A DNA stretch of 64,000 nucleotides from Pirellula sp. (GCA_031424235.1 JANPHB010000209.1:33608-97607), one strand, 5' to 3'. Positions 1 through 10,992 are shown, counted from the first letter of the stretch. Numbers and translations are program-made. The notes: a model not told the origin generated them from the letters alone.

Positions 1-206
1 GATCAACCGTGTTCTTAACATCGCACGTTTTGGAAATTGTCGAACGACTTTGCACGCATGTCGGCATCATTCAAAGCGGCAAGCTGATACAGCAGTGCTC
101 GATGGACGAGCTCCATCAGAGCGGCACGTTGGAGCAATGTTTTTTGCATGCCACCGGGGCGGACAAAAACCAAGTCGCAACACTCGAGTGGCTGGAACAG
201 AGATAG
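1..206 (+). CDS. ABC transporter ATP-binding protein, C-terminal fragment (5' truncated by window edge)
   Basis: Frame is open from the window start. It contains the H-loop 'VFLTSHVLEIVERLC' and the 'TLEQCFLHAT' tail typical of ABC-2 ATPases, directly upstream of a permease. Confidence 0.85.
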   Translation, partial: STVFLTSHVLEIVERLCTHVGIIQSGKLIQQCSMDELHQSGTLEQCFLHATGADKNQVATLEWLEQR

Positions 207-218
207 GCCACACAACGT

Positions 219-2177
219 ATGTTATCTCCACGAGCAACGAAGCCCTCCTTTCTTAACGGCACACTAACGCATTTCCAAACCTTTGTGTGGCTGCGATGGC
301 GTATTCGGGTCAATCAATTGCGTCACTCGTCGGGAATTGGCAAGGCGCTCGCAGCCATCCTGTTGGTCTCGTTCGCTATCAGCTGCTTGGTACTGCTGGT
401 TGCTGGTTGTGTCATGGGTGCTGTTTTGCCGCGACTTGTACCGCCAGCGAACTACTTTTTGTTTTGGGATGGGTTGATCGCGCTGTTTTGTTTTATCTGG
501 ATGATCTTTGTTGCGACCGATGTGCAGCGGACCGATGCGATTACTTTCGATCGGATTTTGCATTTGCCGGTTTCTTTTTCGCAAGCCTTTGCAATCAATT
601 ATCTAAGCTCGTTGATCAACTTGCCGCTTATGTCGATGTGCGCTTTTAGTTTTGGATTCATCGTTGGGTCATGTTTTTCCGTCGGTCCGATCGCCTTACT
701 TTTCCCTATTCCTTTTGTCGTGTTTTTGATCGCGATTACCGCATTGACCTATCAGTTGCAAGGCTGGTTGGCTGCGATTATGGCCAATCCGAGGCGTCGC
801 CAATTGGTCATGATTGCGATTCCATTGTGCATCATTCTTGTTTCGCAACTTCCTTCATTCCTCGCGATGCGGTTCGCGAGCGAGGATTCGAAGCGAGCAC
901 GTCAACAACAAGCGGACAACAACTCGGCCAAGCAGGAGGACAAAAAGGGAGACAACAGCAGAGAGCCTTCCGAACAAGCCGTTGTATTGGATTCGGACAG
1001 TTCAGGCAGTGAAGAGAGCAGCGAAGAGTTGAAATCCATCCAGGAAAAAGAACGGAAAGAAAAGCGAGAGCGCGAACGTGCGAAGAATGTTGCATTATGG
1101 ATAGGGCGACTGCGACAAGCAAACTTGTGTGTCCCTCCTCTGTGGATGGCGGGCTGCATCGAGTCCATGATGGCAGGGACTTTTCACGTTGTGTGGCTCA
1201 CCATAGCGATGGGCGTAATCGCATTTGTTTCTTTGAGAAGAAACTACAGGCAGACTTTGCGGTTTTACAAGGGTGAAACCGATTCCCGGTCATCGACAAC
1301 GCGTAGGCTAAGCACAACAAGAAGCGAACAAGAGACAAGCGGGCCTTCCCATGTACTGCCTTTAGGAGAAAGTCGACGTTTGTTGTTGGTAGAACGTCGC
1401 TTTCCAATGGTGTCCGAGGACACATCGGCGATCATTTCGATGACGCTCAAGTCCATGACGCGAGCCCCAGAAGTTAAACTTTACCTGCTGTTGCCGCTGA
1501 TGGTGCCATTCATTTTGTTCGGCGTTTTGAAAGCTTGGGAGCCACCTAAGATCGATGAATTGAAAGCCGCGATTGTTGTTGGTTTCTCAGCTTGCAGTTT
1601 GTTCATCACGTCGGGATTGCTGGGCAACGTGTTTGCGTATGACCGCGCAGGGTTTCGAGCCTTTGTACTTTCACCGCTTCGTCGCGACCGCATTTTGCTA
1701 GGACGCAATCTAGCCACGGTACCGTTTTTGTTTCTCCAAACGATCCTGATGGCGTTTGCAATCGGCGTGTATTTCGGGATGTCGATCGACAAGTTCTTTT
1801 GCGCTGTTTTCCTGTCCGCGTCGATCTTGCCTCTTTTTTGTCTCTTGACCAATGTTATGGCCATCTTGACTCCTTTTCCGCTTGCTGCGGGCAGCATTCA
1901 GCCAAAGCAATTTAATCTAGTGCCGATTTTATTTAGTCTTGCCCTGAGTATGCTGATGCCAGCCATGACTGTCGTGGCTCTCATACCGCTGGGAATCGAG
2001 TGGTTTATGGATCAATTTGTCAAAAGCACTTCCTTCGTCCCGTATGCCTTGCTTCTTTCGATACCATGGTTGCTAGGTTCTTTGTATTTGTATCGTTGGT
2101 TGTTGCCATGGGAAGGCAAGCTGTTAGCAAGTCGCGAAAAAGAGCTTCTGCGAATCGTCACTTCGAAAATTGAATAG
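219..2177 (+). CDS. ABC-2 type transporter permease-like polytopic membrane protein
   Basis: 652 aa with two clusters of TM helices separated by a charged linker; 'GNVFAYDRAGFRAFVLSPL...ILLGRN' motif; follows the ATPase. Confidence 0.8.
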   Translation: MLSPRATKPSFLNGTLTHFQTFVWLRWRIRVNQLRHSSGIGKALAAILLVSFAISCLVLLVAGCVMGAVLPRLVPPANYFLFWDGLIALFCFIWMIFVATDVQRTDAITFDRILHLPVSFSQAFAINYLSSLINLPLMSMCAFSFGFIVGSCFSVGPIALLFPIPFVVFLIAITALTYQLQGWLAAIMANPRRRQLVMIAIPLCIILVSQLPSFLAMRFASEDSKRARQQQADNNSAKQEDKKGDNSREPSEQAVVLDSDSSGSEESSEELKSIQEKERKEKRERERAKNVALWIGRLRQANLCVPPLWMAGCIESMMAGTFHVVWLTIAMGVIAFVSLRRNYRQTLRFYKGETDSRSSTTRRLSTTRSEQETSGPSHVLPLGESRRLLLVERRFPMVSEDTSAIISMTLKSMTRAPEVKLYLLLPLMVPFILFGVLKAWEPPKIDELKAAIVVGFSACSLFITSGLLGNVFAYDRAGFRAFVLSPLRRDRILLGRNLATVPFLFLQTILMAFAIGVYFGMSIDKFFCAVFLSASILPLFCLLTNVMAILTPFPLAAGSIQPKQFNLVPILFSLALSMLMPAMTVVALIPLGIEWFMDQFVKSTSFVPYALLLSIPWLLGSLYLYRWLLPWEGKLLASREKELLRIVTSKIE

Positions 2178-2188
2178 GCTGTGTCATT

Positions 2189-4222
2189 ATGGCGAGTGAA
2201 AAGAAAGCACGGCCGGAAAGCCTCGATTTTCTGTTGGCTGCAATAGCGCCCGTTTTCATCATCGGGATGATCGGTTCTCTCGTTTACTTCATAATCATTG
2301 TTTGTTACGAAGGCCCATTTACCGCAAGGTTGATGTGGATATTGGGACTTTACACGGTTGCCGCAGTATTGATTGCACGCATTGCAATTGAGCAAAGCCG
2401 ACAGCTTGCGTTCACCTATATGTTTGCGTTAGGAGGGGCAACGTTGTTCGTGGCTCCGCAGTTCATGACCATTAGCGGGCCGATGGCTGTTTTTAGCTTC
2501 CCGATTCTGTTGGGGCTACTGGTGTTGGTAGCTGTGCTGGCGGACAGGATCACATTCGACTGCACCTCGATGAACGAACAAGAGCAAAGCACCGGAGTTG
2601 GGCTCTTGCAGTCGCTTGGTTTGGTCGAAAGTGAACGCAAAGCTTCCGCCTCCAACGCAACCACCAAGACCGCAGACGAGTCTGAGAATGCGTCTGAGCC
2701 GGAAACCGCCAAAGTCAAGAAGTCGCGTCGTCGCAGGCACAATCCGGGGGTTTGGGTTTTGTATTTTGCCTTGCTCGCGCTTCCTTTGTTCGGGCTTGGA
2801 CAACTGGTCATCAAAAGTTCGCTCGATCGACGTTGGGCGTTTACTTATCTGTTTGTCTATCTGCTTAGTTCGCTCTTTCTCTTGGTGTTGATATCGCTTT
2901 TGTCGTTGCGAAAGTACTTGCGGGAACGCGGTGTGCCGATGGAGACGGCGTTTGCCGTGCGTTGGTTGACAATCGGCATGACGAGTGTCTTCGTGGTGTT
3001 GTTTCTGCTGTCGCTGCTTCCGATTCCTGGTCACTCGCTCTTGTCGATGGACTTGCCGTTTCATTTCACGAGCCGTGATGATTTGCAAGCGAACAAGTGG
3101 GGATGGGGAAAGGAAGGAGCGCCCGGGGAGGGACCAGAAATTGGCAAGGGTGGGGAAGGCAACGAGCGAAATGAAAAAGGGGACAACCAGGGACAAGCGA
3201 ACGACCGAAATCGAAACCAGTCGAACGACGGGGAAGCGAAATCGGGCGATCAACAAAATGGCGATCAGCGAAATGGCGATCAGGATGGCCAAAGTCCCTC
3301 GCAGAGCGGTTCCCCAAAAGGCAAGGCAGAAGGCGGCAATAAACCAGGAGATAGTCAACAAGGAGACAAAGCGGAGGGAAGTCAGGAGCAACGAGGTCAA
3401 CGGCAAAGCGAAGCTGAGAATGGCTCCCAACGCGATCCGTCACAGAGCAAGGAAGCCGATCCGAGCAAACAGGACAATGCAAAAAACGAAAAACGGCAGC
3501 CCGAGAATGGCGATGAGCGTACACCTGACGAGAATCAGCCTCAACCTCCTAAAGGGGAGCCTCGTCAAGAAGACAAGCCTCCGCAGCAGGAACCAAAAAG
3601 GGGCCAGCAGCCTAAACCGGAAAAAGGACCTGAACCGCAACAGCCGCCGAAAACTCCCTCGATGTCCATCCAGTGGAATCTTCCAGCTCTGGTGCAGTGG
3701 TTGGTTATGCTCGTTTTGTTGGTTGTTGCCGTTATCTTCGGAATCAAGTACCGAAGAGAATTAGTTCAGGCCATGAAGGACTTTGCGGATTGGATTAATG
3801 CACTGTTAGGTCGAAAGAAGAGGTCTTTGATCCCGGCCGATCATGTGGTAGAAGGGGCAACTACGTTAGATGATCTGTATCCGCCGTTCAGTTCTTTTGC
3901 GAATCCCTTTCAAGCAGGTAGTGGATGGAGTCGTGAGCAAATGGTTAGGCACATGTACCTGGCTGTACTATCATGGGGTTATGAACGTAGAGTGGTTCGT
4001 GGCGAAGAAGAGACGCCCGAGGAATTCATCCGTCGACTTGCTCGCCGGTTTCCGGAGCAGCAGGAGTCGTTGAGTATGCTTGGGCGATTCTACAATAGAA
4101 TTGCGTATGCACGTGGAACGATCTCCGCTGTGGAAATCAAACCGATGGTTGAGCTATGGCAATGGCTCGTGGCTGCTCCAAAGTTAGTTCAATCGAAAAC
4201 AAAGGTCCCGGTGGTTACATGA
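2189..4222 (+). CDS. Membrane protein with long Q/G/E/P-rich linker and C-terminal DUF4129-like domain
   Basis: About 7 N-terminal TM helices, a ~200 aa low-complexity segment, another TM, then '[19 protein letters not shown]...[11 protein letters not shown]' (DUF4129-like). Confidence 0.75.
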   Translation: MASEKKARPESLDFLLAAIAPVFIIGMIGSLVYFIIIVCYEGPFTARLMWILGLYTVAAVLIARIAIEQSRQLAFTYMFALGGATLFVAPQFMTISGPMAVFSFPILLGLLVLVAVLADRITFDCTSMNEQEQSTGVGLLQSLGLVESERKASASNATTKTADESENASEPETAKVKKSRRRRHNPGVWVLYFALLALPLFGLGQLVIKSSLDRRWAFTYLFVYLLSSLFLLVLISLLSLRKYLRERGVPMETAFAVRWLTIGMTSVFVVLFLLSLLPIPGHSLLSMDLPFHFTSRDDLQANKWGWGKEGAPGEGPEIGKGGEGNERNEKGDNQGQANDRNRNQSNDGEAKSGDQQNGDQRNGDQDGQSPSQSGSPKGKAEGGNKPGDSQQGDKAEGSQEQRGQRQSEAENGSQRDPSQSKEADPSKQDNAKNEKRQPENGDERTPDENQPQPPKGEPRQEDKPPQQEPKRGQQPKPEKGPEPQQPPKTPSMSIQWNLPALVQWLVMLVLLVVAVIFGIKYRRELVQAMKDFADWINALLGRKKRSLIPADHVVEGATTLDDLYPPFSSFANPFQAGSGWSREQMVRHMYLAVLSWGYERRVVRGEEETPEEFIRRLARRFPEQQESLSMLGRFYNRIAYARGTISAVEIKPMVELWQWLVAAPKLVQSKTKVPVVT

Positions 4223-5691
4223 CTCCTTTTTCCTCTCCCATGCTGGATCGACGAAGATTTCTAGGGCAAACTGCTCAAGGGCTAAGTGGTATTGCATTGG
4301 CCAGTTTATTGTATGGCGACGGATTGTTGGCCGCGGACAAGACACCGCTTCGTCCTCAAATCGATCCAGCGAGGCCATTCGCATCGCGAGCATCGCATTT
4401 TGCTCCCAAAGCAAAGAACGTTCTCATGATTTTCTGCGCGGGAGCATGCAGTCAGCTCGATACGTTTGACTACAAGCCGGAGTTGATCAAACGACACGGC
4501 GAACCGATGCCAGGTGCAGACGGATTGGTCACCTTTCAAGGCAAACAAGGGAATCTTACCAAGAGTCCATGGGAGTTTAAGCCGCGCGGCCAATGTGGAA
4601 AGATGGTCTCCGATTTGGTGCCGATGCTCGGTGACTTGGCCGATGATATGTGCTTTATCCATTCGCTCACCGGGAAAACCAACACGCACGGTCCAGGCGA
4701 GAATTTCATGTCGACCGGCTTTACCTTGGAGGGGTTTCCGAGCGTTGGCGCTTGGGTGACATGGGCGCTTGGGACGGAGAATCAAGAGTTGCCATCCTAC
4801 GTTGCCATTCCAGATCCGCGAGGGACGCCTCAGTCGAGTGTCAACAATTGGGGAAGTGGATTTCTGCCGGCGGCTTATCAAGGAACGGATTTTAACGCGG
4901 CACAACCGCTGCGAAATTTGGAGCCGCCAAAAGGAGTATCCGCTGCAACCGATCGAGCGACTCGCGATTTTCTTCAGGAGCTGAATCGTCGTCACATGAA
5001 GGATTTTCCTGGCGACAGCGAATTGGCTGCTAGGATTTCCAGCTATGAATTGGCAGCCAGAATGCAATTGAGCGTCCCCGCTGTGACCGACCTCAATACC
5101 GAAACGGCAGACACGTTGAGAATGTACGGAGCGGATGACGCATCCAATGAATTGAAAGCCAAGTACGCTCGCAACTGCATTCTTGCACGTCGACTTATTG
5201 AAAAAGGAGTTCGGTTCGTTCAGTTGTTCAATGGTGCGTACCAAACAGGTGGCGAGGGGGTGAGTAATTGGGACGGACATAAGCAGCTGCACGAGCAATA
5301 TGGAAAACATGGGCCGGTATTTGATCAACCGACCGCCGCATTGCTTCGCGATCTGAAGCAGCGAGGTCTTCTCAAGGACACACTTGTCGTTTGGTGTACT
5401 GAATTCGGTAGGATGCCAACGTTTCAGGCTGGAGCGAGCGGCAGAGACCACAACCCAGCGGGCTTCACAGCTTGGATGGCAGGGGCTGGTGTTAAGGCTC
5501 CATTCACATATGGTGCCACGGACGAGTTTGGGTATAAAGCAGTCGAAGGAATCGCGACGGTTTACGATTTTCACGCGACCATTTTGCATTTGTTGGGAAT
5601 GGACCACGAGCGGCTGACCTACTATCACAATGGAATCGAGCGTCGGTTGACCGATGTCCATGGGCATGTCCTAAGGGATGTTCTAGCGTAA
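4219..5691 (+). CDS. DUF1501 family Tat-exported protein (planctomycete sulfatase-like)
   Basis: Twin-arginine 'DRRRFL', '[10 protein letters not shown]', 'GVRFVQL', 'EFGRMP', 'GRDHNP', 'RRLTDVHG'. ATG at 4219 overlaps the upstream TGA (ATGA). Confidence 0.9.
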   Translation: MTPFSSPMLDRRRFLGQTAQGLSGIALASLLYGDGLLAADKTPLRPQIDPARPFASRASHFAPKAKNVLMIFCAGACSQLDTFDYKPELIKRHGEPMPGADGLVTFQGKQGNLTKSPWEFKPRGQCGKMVSDLVPMLGDLADDMCFIHSLTGKTNTHGPGENFMSTGFTLEGFPSVGAWVTWALGTENQELPSYVAIPDPRGTPQSSVNNWGSGFLPAAYQGTDFNAAQPLRNLEPPKGVSAATDRATRDFLQELNRRHMKDFPGDSELAARISSYELAARMQLSVPAVTDLNTETADTLRMYGADDASNELKAKYARNCILARRLIEKGVRFVQLFNGAYQTGGEGVSNWDGHKQLHEQYGKHGPVFDQPTAALLRDLKQRGLLKDTLVVWCTEFGRMPTFQAGASGRDHNPAGFTAWMAGAGVKAPFTYGATDEFGYKAVEGIATVYDFHATILHLLGMDHERLTYYHNGIERRLTDVHGHVLRDVLA

Positions 5692-5732
5692 AGTTGTGCT
5701 CGTGCGATTTGGATGTTGTTGGTCCGCTCATA

Positions 5733-5785
5733 GTCGCACCCGGCAAGAGTGACCCACCGTGGGTCACTCTTGCCGAGAGTGACTT
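5733..5785. repeat. Long palindromic hairpin (REP-like or terminator)
   Basis: cggcaagagtgacccac/gtgggtcactcttgccg inverted repeat just downstream of the DUF1501 stop. Confidence 0.7.
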
Positions 5786-5939
5786 CGCATGGAATCGGCT
5801 GCGACGCGCACCTCTTTAAAGTCTGTTTTCCCGATTTCGAGTGGACAGCTCAACACGACTGAAGGTTCAGAACCTATAATCGAGGCCGATAGCTGCACTT
5901 GAGTCAAGATTGCGACCAGCCCGAACGTTAAGCAATACC

Positions 5940-8285
5940 ATGAAAACAACCAATCGCCTAAATGTTTGTTGCTCTCTTTTAGCCGCGTTTGTTTGCAGCC
6001 TTCTATGCGGCGATGTTCGAGCTCAACATGTGGACGTTGGCCAATTCAAGAATGAGCACCTCATCACCAACAGTATCAATGGCGACACGGGTGATGTTTC
6101 CATTTACGTTTCTTTTCCGAATTGGTTTGGTGAACCGGGATATTGCCCAATTCGAGTTCGGGTCGTGCCTCGAAAGGGGCTTCTGTTCAAACAGAGTGGT
6201 ATGCTCAAAGTGACCATAGGCCAGAACTACTATTCCAGCTTTGGCAATAAAGAAGTTGTGGTCGAGATACCCATCGAGAAAGGGACGGGGGTAGCAACTG
6301 GCGAAGCGCTTGGAAACTTCCTCATTGAGTCGGCAGCCTCTCGCGGCTATCAGTTTGGAATCTCAGCCAAGCTGAACGATCGAAAATTGTCTGGCCAGTA
6401 CTCCTACATTTACAACAGTCGGGGAATGGGTGTCAATGCTTGCAAAAGTCTCGTCTTGATCTCGGATGAAACGTCGAAGGATGACGTTCGGCGTACAGAA
6501 GCGATTGCAGAAATGGGTAGAACAGGGAACTGGTTTTCTCAAGAGCAGTTTGTATCTCAGTCCTCACAATCAAGCTCCTATTGCAATGTGCGAAACATGC
6601 CATCGAACTGGCTTTGCCTGAGCACTTTGGAGCAGATTTCGGTTTCATTGGAGGATCTTGAACGCATGGATGCCAAGGGACGTGAGTGCCTCAGCAGCTA
6701 CGTTCTTGCAGGGGGATTCTTGGCTATTAACAAGGTTCGTTCGCCGAAAACTATCGCGAATTTGTTGTCGATCGATTTAACGAGGAAGCACGGTGTATCA
6801 AAGCGAAACAAGAGCAGAACTAACGGTCAAGCAAACGTGCTGCAGCTAACAGACTTTCAATCGCCAAGCTTAGATCCTTTTGAGAATACCATTTGGGACA
6901 GGCACCAGATGGCGACGGGCCGAGCTGTTTTGAAAGGAGAGACTATACCTCCCTCCATTGGATATGTACCGCCCGTTTCATTCTCAGGTTTCTATGAAGC
7001 GACGGATTGGTTTTCCGAAAAGCTGGCCGAAGTTGGAACTAGCTTTCTGGATTCTAAGCTTGCATCCCCGATTGCTTTTGCGAGCGAGATTTACGATGCA
7101 GTGACGTTTGCTGAGGATGCTCCACAGGAAACAACTATTGTCGCACATGGCTTTGGAACTGTCTGTCTGGAAAGCCGTCGAAGAGCTGATTACGCCAATA
7201 TCCTGGATGAAACCTTTGGCAAAAATCGCTCCAGTTCGAATGCTGCAATTCCAGTAACCGCTGCGTCAGGAAACCGGACCGTTCGATTATCGAGCGGGGT
7301 CGGGGACGACTTTTGGACTTGGCTCATTCCCTCGGTGGGGCGTACGCCAGCCATTGCTTTCTTGACATTTGTCGTTTTGTTTGTGGGTGGAGCCGTCCCT
7401 GGAATCATGGTCTGGAGCAACCGACATAAACGAAGGGTTTGGTTAGTCGTACTCATCCCCATTACCGCCACCATTTGCACCTTTTTTCTGTTCAGCTACG
7501 GGTTGCTCAAGGATGGGTTGGGGGCAGTTTCACGGATTCGATCACTTGCATTCGTGGACCAAAATGGGGATGGACTTGTATGGTCACGTCAGACTTACTT
7601 TGCCGCGACGGTCTCGAATGATGGGATTTCCCTTGACCAGGAAACACACTTCAGTCCGATTATGACGAGTTCGTTTACCTCACTACCGACGAGCGAACAT
7701 GTGGAGTCAGATGGACGGCAAAAGTATCGTGGTTTTCTCCCGCCTCGTCTGCAAACCCAATTCTCAATCGCCCACCCTGTGAGAAAACTGCCGATTTTGA
7801 AACGCGGTCCAGAGCTGGATACACTCTTCAGCGGTCAAGCGATTCGAAATGCCTCCGCTTTCAAGTGGGACAAAGCGATCTTCGTTGGTGAAAACGACTT
7901 GTACTACTTGGCCCTGGATGTAAAGCCTGGAGAGAGGGCTGAGCTTGCGGTAACATCACGAGCAGACGCGATATCTGAGCTACATAAGTCGTACAAGTCT
8001 CAGCCGCTCGTCCCACCAGCCGACTCGCCGTCGGTCGATCAAACTTCATTGGGGCAGGTCTTCACTAATTATTTTGGGTTCCGTTACAATCCGGGAAGCA
8101 ATATTATTAGTCAAATTACCGAAGAGAGTGTTTGGCAAAGCCAACTTGGAAAAGCAACTTCCGACAAAACGGTGTTGCTACCTGGTACATACGTCATCTT
8201 TGCGCACGATGCCCCCTACGTTGAACGTTGCCTGCCGAATGTGCGCGACCAAGAAGGACTGCATACGATTGTCGGCCGTTGGTAA
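5940..8285 (+). CDS. Large exported/membrane hypothetical protein with a class I glutamine amidotransferase-like (non-catalytic) module
   Basis: Signal peptide from Met at 5940; 'MPSNWLCLSTLEQI...LSSYVLAGGFL' module; two TM helices at ~aa 470-525; TATAAT at ~5875. Confidence 0.7.
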   Translation: MKTTNRLNVCCSLLAAFVCSLLCGDVRAQHVDVGQFKNEHLITNSINGDTGDVSIYVSFPNWFGEPGYCPIRVRVVPRKGLLFKQSGMLKVTIGQNYYSSFGNKEVVVEIPIEKGTGVATGEALGNFLIESAASRGYQFGISAKLNDRKLSGQYSYIYNSRGMGVNACKSLVLISDETSKDDVRRTEAIAEMGRTGNWFSQEQFVSQSSQSSSYCNVRNMPSNWLCLSTLEQISVSLEDLERMDAKGRECLSSYVLAGGFLAINKVRSPKTIANLLSIDLTRKHGVSKRNKSRTNGQANVLQLTDFQSPSLDPFENTIWDRHQMATGRAVLKGETIPPSIGYVPPVSFSGFYEATDWFSEKLAEVGTSFLDSKLASPIAFASEIYDAVTFAEDAPQETTIVAHGFGTVCLESRRRADYANILDETFGKNRSSSNAAIPVTAASGNRTVRLSSGVGDDFWTWLIPSVGRTPAIAFLTFVVLFVGGAVPGIMVWSNRHKRRVWLVVLIPITATICTFFLFSYGLLKDGLGAVSRIRSLAFVDQNGDGLVWSRQTYFAATVSNDGISLDQETHFSPIMTSSFTSLPTSEHVESDGRQKYRGFLPPRLQTQFSIAHPVRKLPILKRGPELDTLFSGQAIRNASAFKWDKAIFVGENDLYYLALDVKPGERAELAVTSRADAISELHKSYKSQPLVPPADSPSVDQTSLGQVFTNYFGFRYNPGSNIISQITEESVWQSQLGKATSDKTVLLPGTYVIFAHDAPYVERCLPNVRDQEGLHTIVGRW

Positions 8286-8288
8286 GAT

Positions 8289-8479
8289 TAGCACGACGCG
8301 CAAGTTTTGAAGTTGCACTGAATTGAGAAATGTAGCTGAATTCGTGAGAATTCAGACGCTTTGCAATCAAGACGCGGCCAGAATTCTCACGAATTCTACT
8401 ACAAAAACACAAGTGTGCAACTTCAAAACGCGCAAGCTAGTGATTCCACCATGAATTTCACTAGTTTGCGCGTCGTGCT
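8289..8479. mobile_element. Composite: MITE-like unit (8305-8428) nested in a TAGCACGACGCGCAAG palindromic repeat
   Basis: Perfect 14-bp TIR TTTTGAAGTTGCAC/GTGCAACTTCAAAA; CGCGCAAG direct repeats at 8297-8304 and 8429-8436; internal GTAG REP doublet at 8332-8402. Confidence 0.75.
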
Positions 8480-8505
8480 CAGGTAATTCGGAACTCGCCG
8501 CTCGC

Positions 8506-9507
8506 CTAAGAGGTGACTTCAGTCTCAGCCATATCGCGAGCATGATACGAGCTTCGAACAAATGGACCCGATGCAACTTTCTTGAAGCCCATCGATCTCG
8601 CAATCGCTCCTAGTTCTTCGAACTCGTCAGGTGGCACGTATCGCACGACTGGCAGATACTTGGGACCAGGCTGAAGATATTGTCCGAGGGTCAAGAAATC
8701 GCAATGGTAAGTTCGAAGGTCCGCCAAACAGTCGAGCAACTCGTCGCGAGTTTCACCGAGCCCCAACATGAGTCCGCTTTTTGTCTTAATCGCATTGTTG
8801 CTATTCTTCACATGCTTTAGCAGATCCAAAGTCCATTGGTACTCGCTCTTAGGCCCTCTGACTTTACGGTAAAGTCTGGGGACGGTTTCCATGTTGTGAT
8901 TGAATACTTCCGGCGCCGATTCAATGACGCGGTCCAGGCCATGCTTGTGCCGAATAAAATCGGGCGTTAGCACTTCGACTGAGGCCCCCGTTTTGTTGCG
9001 AACAGCGATGACACATTGATAGAAGTGGTCACCGCCGCCATCCGGTAAATCATCGCGGGTTACGGAAGTAATGACTACGTGCTTCAAGCCCAATCGCAAC
9101 GCTGCTTCGGCAACGCGCTCAGGTTCGTCCCCCTCGAGCGCTTCGGGCTTGCCTCGCGAAACCGCGCAAAAACCACAAGGACGCGTGCAAACATTTCCGA
9201 GAATCATGAAAGTCGCGGTGTTTTGCGAATAGCACTCCATTCGATTGGGGCATTTTGCATTCTCGCAAACGGTCTCCAATCGCAATTCGTTAAGCAATCC
9301 CGAAGTGAAATGGTTGGCGTTCCCTTTCGGCACTTCTCGGCGCAGCCAGGGAGGCAACCGCCGGCTTGGCTCAAAAACTGCCGCAACGGAACCGCACCCA
9401 GCCGCATCTTGCCCCATGGAATCTTGCCCGGCAGAATCGTTCACCGAGGGAGCTTGGCCTGGGAAAGTGTCCGCTGGCGAAAGGACTTTCAAAATGGGGA
9501 GTTGCAT
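8506..9507 (-). CDS. lipA: Lipoyl synthase
   Basis: CX4CX5C (CENAKCPNRMEC), radical SAM CX3CX2C (CTRPCGFC), 'GQYLQP' and 'VRSSYHA'. Start at Met 9507 preferred over the track's 9720. Confidence 0.96.
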   Translation of the reverse strand: MQLPILKVLSPADTFPGQAPSVNDSAGQDSMGQDAAGCGSVAAVFEPSRRLPPWLRREVPKGNANHFTSGLLNELRLETVCENAKCPNRMECYSQNTATFMILGNVCTRPCGFCAVSRGKPEALEGDEPERVAEAALRLGLKHVVITSVTRDDLPDGGGDHFYQCVIAVRNKTGASVEVLTPDFIRHKHGLDRVIESAPEVFNHNMETVPRLYRKVRGPKSEYQWTLDLLKHVKNSNNAIKTKSGLMLGLGETRDELLDCLADLRTYHCDFLTLGQYLQPGPKYLPVVRYVPPDEFEELGAIARSMGFKKVASGPFVRSSYHARDMAETEVTS

Positions 9508-9798
9508 GAGGGGGAAAGCTGCTTGGACAGGGTTCAAAAACGCAAGGAAGCGAAACGGTACGACGCCGTCGTAGTGGACTTGCGACGACGTTGACCGAAT
9601 AATTGTGGTCGAACACTTCGATTCGGACCAGAGACTGTATGCGGATGCAGCCATTTTATCAACAAAAAGGTTAGGACCTCGCAAAACAGATCCCCGAAAA
9701 TCCTCCCAAACATCTGGCATTCACCACATGGAATGACGTACATTAGGTGGACTTGCGCCGTCGCGTAGGTCTTTAGAGAAAGTTCCAAGGTTGGTTAG

Positions 9799-10992
9799 AT
9801 GATGATTATTCGACTTGTAACGAATCCAACGAGTACACTCCTGGCCTTGATTGTACTTCTAAATGGTCTGGTTTTCGTGGGCGTAATAGGCTCGAAACGG
9901 TGCTTGGCTTCCGAGAATTGCCCGTTTTGCCCTGCAGCTTCACAGACGTTGCGGCAGGAAATTGCGTCGATGGACGCGGCCGCTATCGGTCGACTGAATG
10001 CAGATGGAAAGAACAGCATCGAGGGGCTGGCAACTTTTACCATCCAGAAGGTACTTTCGGGGGACAAACTGATCCGAAAGGATCAAGCGATCGAAGCCAG
10101 CTATCTTGGCCCCACAAAAACAGAAAAGAACTTTTTGCTTCTCGGAATCGACCCGACACGTTTGCTCTGGAGTTCTCCGCTGGCTTTGTCTTCCGAAGCA
10201 GAAAAGTACATTGAGGACATTCGAACGTTACCTGATTCCCAAAGCGAACGCTTAGAGTTTTTTCAAAAGTACTTTGAGCACTCCGATCCTTTAATCGCTC
10301 GGGATTGTTTCGACGAGTTTGCGCTCGCACCGTATTCCGATGTACTCGCGCTCAAAGACAAGATGGATCGCGAGAAATTGCTCGGTTGGGTTCAGGACAA
10401 CAAGAAGGCTCCAGATCGCAAACGACTGTACTTTACTATGCTAGCGATCTGCGGAAAACCGGAGGATGCCATGCTTCTCGAATCCATGATCAAAAGCGAG
10501 AACCCAGAAGCCAGAGCAGGCCTTGATGCTCTTTTGGCAGCCTATCTGACACTCAAGGGAGAAAAAGGCTTGGAGCTTGTAAAGGAATCCTTTTTGGACA
10601 ACGCGCACTGTCCGTTCGCGGACATCTATTCCGCCGTCATGGCCTTGAGGTTTCATGGTACCGAAGCCAACATTCTATCTAAAGAGTCTGTTGTTGGTGC
10701 GATGCACCGATTGCTCGAAAGACCCGACCTAGCCGACCTGGTGATTCCCGATCTAGCTCGATGGAACGATTGGAGCCAAGTTGCTAAGGTTAGCAAACTC
10801 TTTGAAAAAGCGACTGACGAAACCAATTGGGTTCGAGTCCCCGTGATCAACTACCTGAGAGCCTGTCCTTTACCCGAGGCGCAGGCTATGTTGACCAAGC
10901 TTGAGAAAATCGACCCCAATGCATTCAAACGGGCAAAGACTTTTTTTCCAATACCATTGCCGGCATCCCCCAAAGTCGGCGGCGTAGAATGA
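9799..10992 (+). CDS. Secreted hypothetical protein with N-terminal CPFC motif (paralog 1, no C-terminal anchor)
   Basis: Signal peptide, then 'ENCPFC'; colinear with the adjacent 11087-12520 gene. Confidence 0.85.
   Translation: MMIIRLVTNPTSTLLALIVLLNGLVFVGVIGSKRCLASENCPFCPAASQTLRQEIASMDAAAIGRLNADGKNSIEGLATFTIQKVLSGDKLIRKDQAIEASYLGPTKTEKNFLLLGIDPTRLLWSSPLALSSEAEKYIEDIRTLPDSQSERLEFFQKYFEHSDPLIARDCFDEFALAPYSDVLALKDKMDREKLLGWVQDNKKAPDRKRLYFTMLAICGKPEDAMLLESMIKSENPEARAGLDALLAAYLTLKGEKGLELVKESFLDNAHCPFADIYSAVMALRFHGTEANILSKESVVGAMHRLLERPDLADLVIPDLARWNDWSQVAKVSKLFEKATDETNWVRVPVINYLRACPLPEAQAMLTKLEKIDPNAFKRAKTFFPIPLPASPKVGGVE

Noticed and set aside
2516-3764. 304-aa (minus) and 259-aa (alternate plus frame) ORFs
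   Set aside because: They overlap the low-complexity linker of the 2189-4222 gene and are compositional artefacts.
4306-5667. 453-aa antisense ORF
   Set aside because: It is a shadow of the well-supported DUF1501 gene and has no motifs.
9740-9752. AATG-ACGTA-CATT mini-palindrome upstream of the CPFC genes as a Zur/Fur box
   Set aside because: Too short and unlike known Zur/Fur consensus to support a call.
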